DNA of 64,000 nucleotides from Eubacteriales bacterium. Its GTDB lineage: Bacteria; Bacillota; Clostridia; Oscillospirales; SIG627. Where the stretch lies: the NCBI GenBank assembly GCA_045597125.1, contig JAZODR010000021.1, forward strand, positions 22,062-86,061, read 5' to 3'. The translations under genes and the position numbers were made by a program. A model generated the notes under the pieces. The model did not search any database, had not been told where the DNA came from, and saw nothing but the letters and a program-made list of their open reading frames with translations. This document shows positions 62,151-64,000 of this stretch, piece by piece (position 1 is the first letter of the stretch; each line of letters begins with the position of its first letter).

Positions 62151-63224
62151 TTACTTGTTATTGGTTTTGACCTCGTTCCAAAGATCGGTAATCAGCGAAT
62201 TGGTCTCTTTGGGAAGATTGCGGAAAGATTCCCAGTTCTCATGAATCTGAGGATAGGCGATTTCGCTGGTGCTCAGTTCTTTGTCCAGAATGCTCCATAC
62301 GGCGCTGTTGGGAGTGGAGTAGTTTACATACTCGGTATTTGCTTTTCCTGCATCGGGAGAGAGCATAAAGTTGATGAATTTTTCTGCCATTTCCTTCTTG
62401 GTGCTGGTTTTGGGAATGCACATAGCATCGCTGAACATATTGGTTCCACATTCGGGAATCACGAATTTCAAATCGGGATTCTCCTCCATAACGGACATAC
62501 AGTCACCCGCATAGTAAGCACCAACCGCAAGGGAACCGGAGGGCATCATTTCAAAGAATTGATCCATTGCATAGTAGAATTGCTGCTCTTTGAGAAGCTC
62601 TGCCGCTTCGCGAAGCTCGGCTTCGCTTGTGGTATTCTGAGAATAGCCAAGCTGCTTGAGAGCAATGCCGAAAGCATCGCGGGGATTATCAAACATCATC
62701 ACCTGCTTGGGGTAATTCTTGCTCCAGAGAAGGCTCCAATCCTGACAATTCTCTACCAGTGCCAGATCCTCTTTGGTGAGCATTTTTTCATTGTAGATCA
62801 TACCCACGGTACCCCAGAAATAGGGAACCGTATATTTCTGCTCGGAATCGTATTCCAATCCCTTCCAGTTATCCATAATGTTGGCAAAATTGGGGATGTT
62901 GTCGAGATTGATTTCGGTAAGCATTCCTTCTTGTATCATGCGTTCTGCCATATAATCGGAGGGGAAAATCACGTCGTATTTTCCGGAACCGGTCTTCATT
63001 TTGGAATAAAGCGCCTCATTGGATTCCGCAGTTACGTATTTCACGCGAATTCCTGTAGTTTTTTCAAATTCCTTGATGACATCGTAATCGCAGTCGGCGC
63101 CTGTGGACATATATTCGCCCCAGTTGCATACCACTAGGGTATTGGCATCGGAGCAAGAAGAGAGGGTGAGAAGTGGCGCAGTAAGCATCAGGACAGAAAG
63201 AATGAGGGCAAGAATTTTTTTCAA
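62151..63224 (-). CDS. potD: Spermidine/putrescine ABC transporter substrate-binding lipoprotein
   Basis: PotD-like mature domain (VVCNWGEYM..., FPSDYM, YFWGTVG). I prefer TTG 63224 (AAGGAG 9 nt upstream), which gives MKKILALILSVLMLTAPLLTLSSC. The track ATG at 63278 overlaps potC by 32 nt. Confidence 0.8.
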   Translation of the reverse strand: MKKILALILSVLMLTAPLLTLSSCSDANTLVVCNWGEYMSTGADCDYDVIKEFEKTTGIRVKYVTAESNEALYSKMKTGSGKYDVIFPSDYMAERMIQEGMLTEINLDNIPNFANIMDNWKGLEYDSEQKYTVPYFWGTVGMIYNEKMLTKEDLALVENCQDWSLLWSKNYPKQVMMFDNPRDAFGIALKQLGYSQNTTSEAELREAAELLKEQQFYYAMDQFFEMMPSGSLAVGAYYAGDCMSVMEENPDLKFVIPECGTNMFSDAMCIPKTSTKKEMAEKFINFMLSPDAGKANTEYVNYSTPNSAVWSILDKELSTSEIAYPQIHENWESFRNLPKETNSLITDLWNEVKTNNK

Positions 63225-63246
63225 TGTTGTAATCTCCTTATAAATA

Positions 63247-64000
63247 TTAGTTTTTTTGTTTTGCTTCTTCTTTGGCATCGTGTACGTTCATAATTACAAG
63301 GATGATCAGTACTGCCACGAAGATTACACCGGTCATGGCCGCCATCCAAGGACGTACACCTTTTTTCAGGCTGTTGTTGATGAAGACGGAGAGGGTTTGA
63401 AAATTGCCGCCGGTGAAATAGCTGATGATAAAGTCGTCAAAGGAATAGGTCAGAGAGATGAGAAATCCTGCGAACACTCCGGGTAGGATCTCGGGAATTA
63501 CCACCTTGAGGAATGCCTTTGACGGAGGACAACCCAAATCAAGGGCAGCCTCGTAGAGATTTTTGTCCATTCTGCGCAGTCTTGGCAGAACGTTTAAAAT
63601 TACATAGGGAGTATTGAATACGATGTGGGAAAGAAGCACCGTGAAAAAGCCAAGCTCAATGGAAAAAATGGCAATGAATACCAACATCAGGGAAACTCCC
63701 GTTACAATCTCGGGATTGATGATGGGAAGATTGGAAAGGTTCATCAAAAAGCCTTTTCCCTTTTTTACGTTGTTCAGTCCCAGTGCCGCAAGGGTTCCCA
63801 AAACGGAAGCAAAGATTGCGGACAAAACGGCGATGATCAGCGAGTTTAGCAGAGCCTCTACCAATTCTGCATTGTCAAAGAGGGTCAGGTAGTTGTTCAG
63901 CGTAAATCCCTTCCAGTTGGAGATACCGATGTGGGTATCGTTAAAGGAAAGGGCAATCATCACGAAAATGGGCGCATAGAGAAATAGAAACACCAGCGCC
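63247..64000 (-). CDS. potC: Spermidine/putrescine ABC transporter permease (probably truncated at the window end)
   Basis: The EAA-type loop LYEAALDLGCPPSKAFLKVVIPEILPG and 6 TM spans are PotC-like. The frame is open to position 64000. Confidence 0.8.
   Translation of the reverse strand, partial: ALVFLFLYAPIFVMIALSFNDTHIGISNWKGFTLNNYLTLFDNAELVEALLNSLIIAVLSAIFASVLGTLAALGLNNVKKGKGFLMNLSNLPIINPEIVTGVSLMLVFIAIFSIELGFFTVLLSHIVFNTPYVILNVLPRLRRMDKNLYEAALDLGCPPSKAFLKVVIPEILPGVFAGFLISLTYSFDDFIISYFTGGNFQTLSVFINNSLKKGVRPWMAAMTGVIFVAVLIILVIMNVHDAKEEAKQKN

Noticed and set aside
1-64000. Search for CRISPR arrays, rRNA genes and IS elements/transposases
   Set aside because: I saw no regularly spaced direct repeats, no rRNA-like segments and no transposase-like ORFs or terminal inverted repeats while reading both strands. 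I cannot exclude very short or degenerate elements without computation.

Overview
This 64-kb chromosomal window reads like a mid-GC, Gram-positive, endospore-forming Firmicute (Clostridia-like). I infer that from dpaA/dpaB, an RNase M5-type Toprim gene, Cys-lipobox signal peptides, TTGACA-17-TATAAT promoters, AGGAG Shine-Dalgarno sites and hairpin+T-run terminators. I can support about 62 protein genes, 2 tRNAs (Ala-GGC, Pro-CGG), a truncated tRNA-Pro copy, a TPP riboswitch (thiT-thiN) and a lysine riboswitch (dapA-aspartokinase-lysA). Most content is housekeeping: dut, a GyrB/ParE-type subunit, GTP-PEPCK, an M16 peptidase pair, lgt, folD, murI, holA, alaS, potCD, a DD-carboxypeptidase and a polyprenyl synthase. 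The rest is sugar and transport genes: an FGGY kinase-SIS-TIM-YjbQ operon, a GH127 cluster, an orphan MsmX-type ATPase, and SNF and NhaC transporters. I saw no rRNA, CRISPR array, IS/transposase or integrase. The stand-out feature is a tail-less phage head/packaging gene set: portal, scaffold, capsid and three unknowns at 31.8-37.5 kb, small terminase at 41.4 kb, and large terminase at 43.3-44.6 kb. These genes are intact, colinear and all on the + strand, but they are interrupted by opposite-strand housekeeping operons (dipicolinate synthase dpaBA and riboswitch-controlled thiT-thiN). That makes it either a candidate domesticated capsid/GTA-like system or an unusually eroded prophage. Other points worth a second look are three tandem exported trigger-factor-like lipoproteins, a promoter-driven truncated tRNA-Pro copy, a homopolymer frameshift, a short direct repeat bracketing a two-gene cassette in an AT-rich islet, and an alaS with no leader inside a long string of abutting genes. 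All family assignments were made by eye from motifs and gene context; no database search was run.
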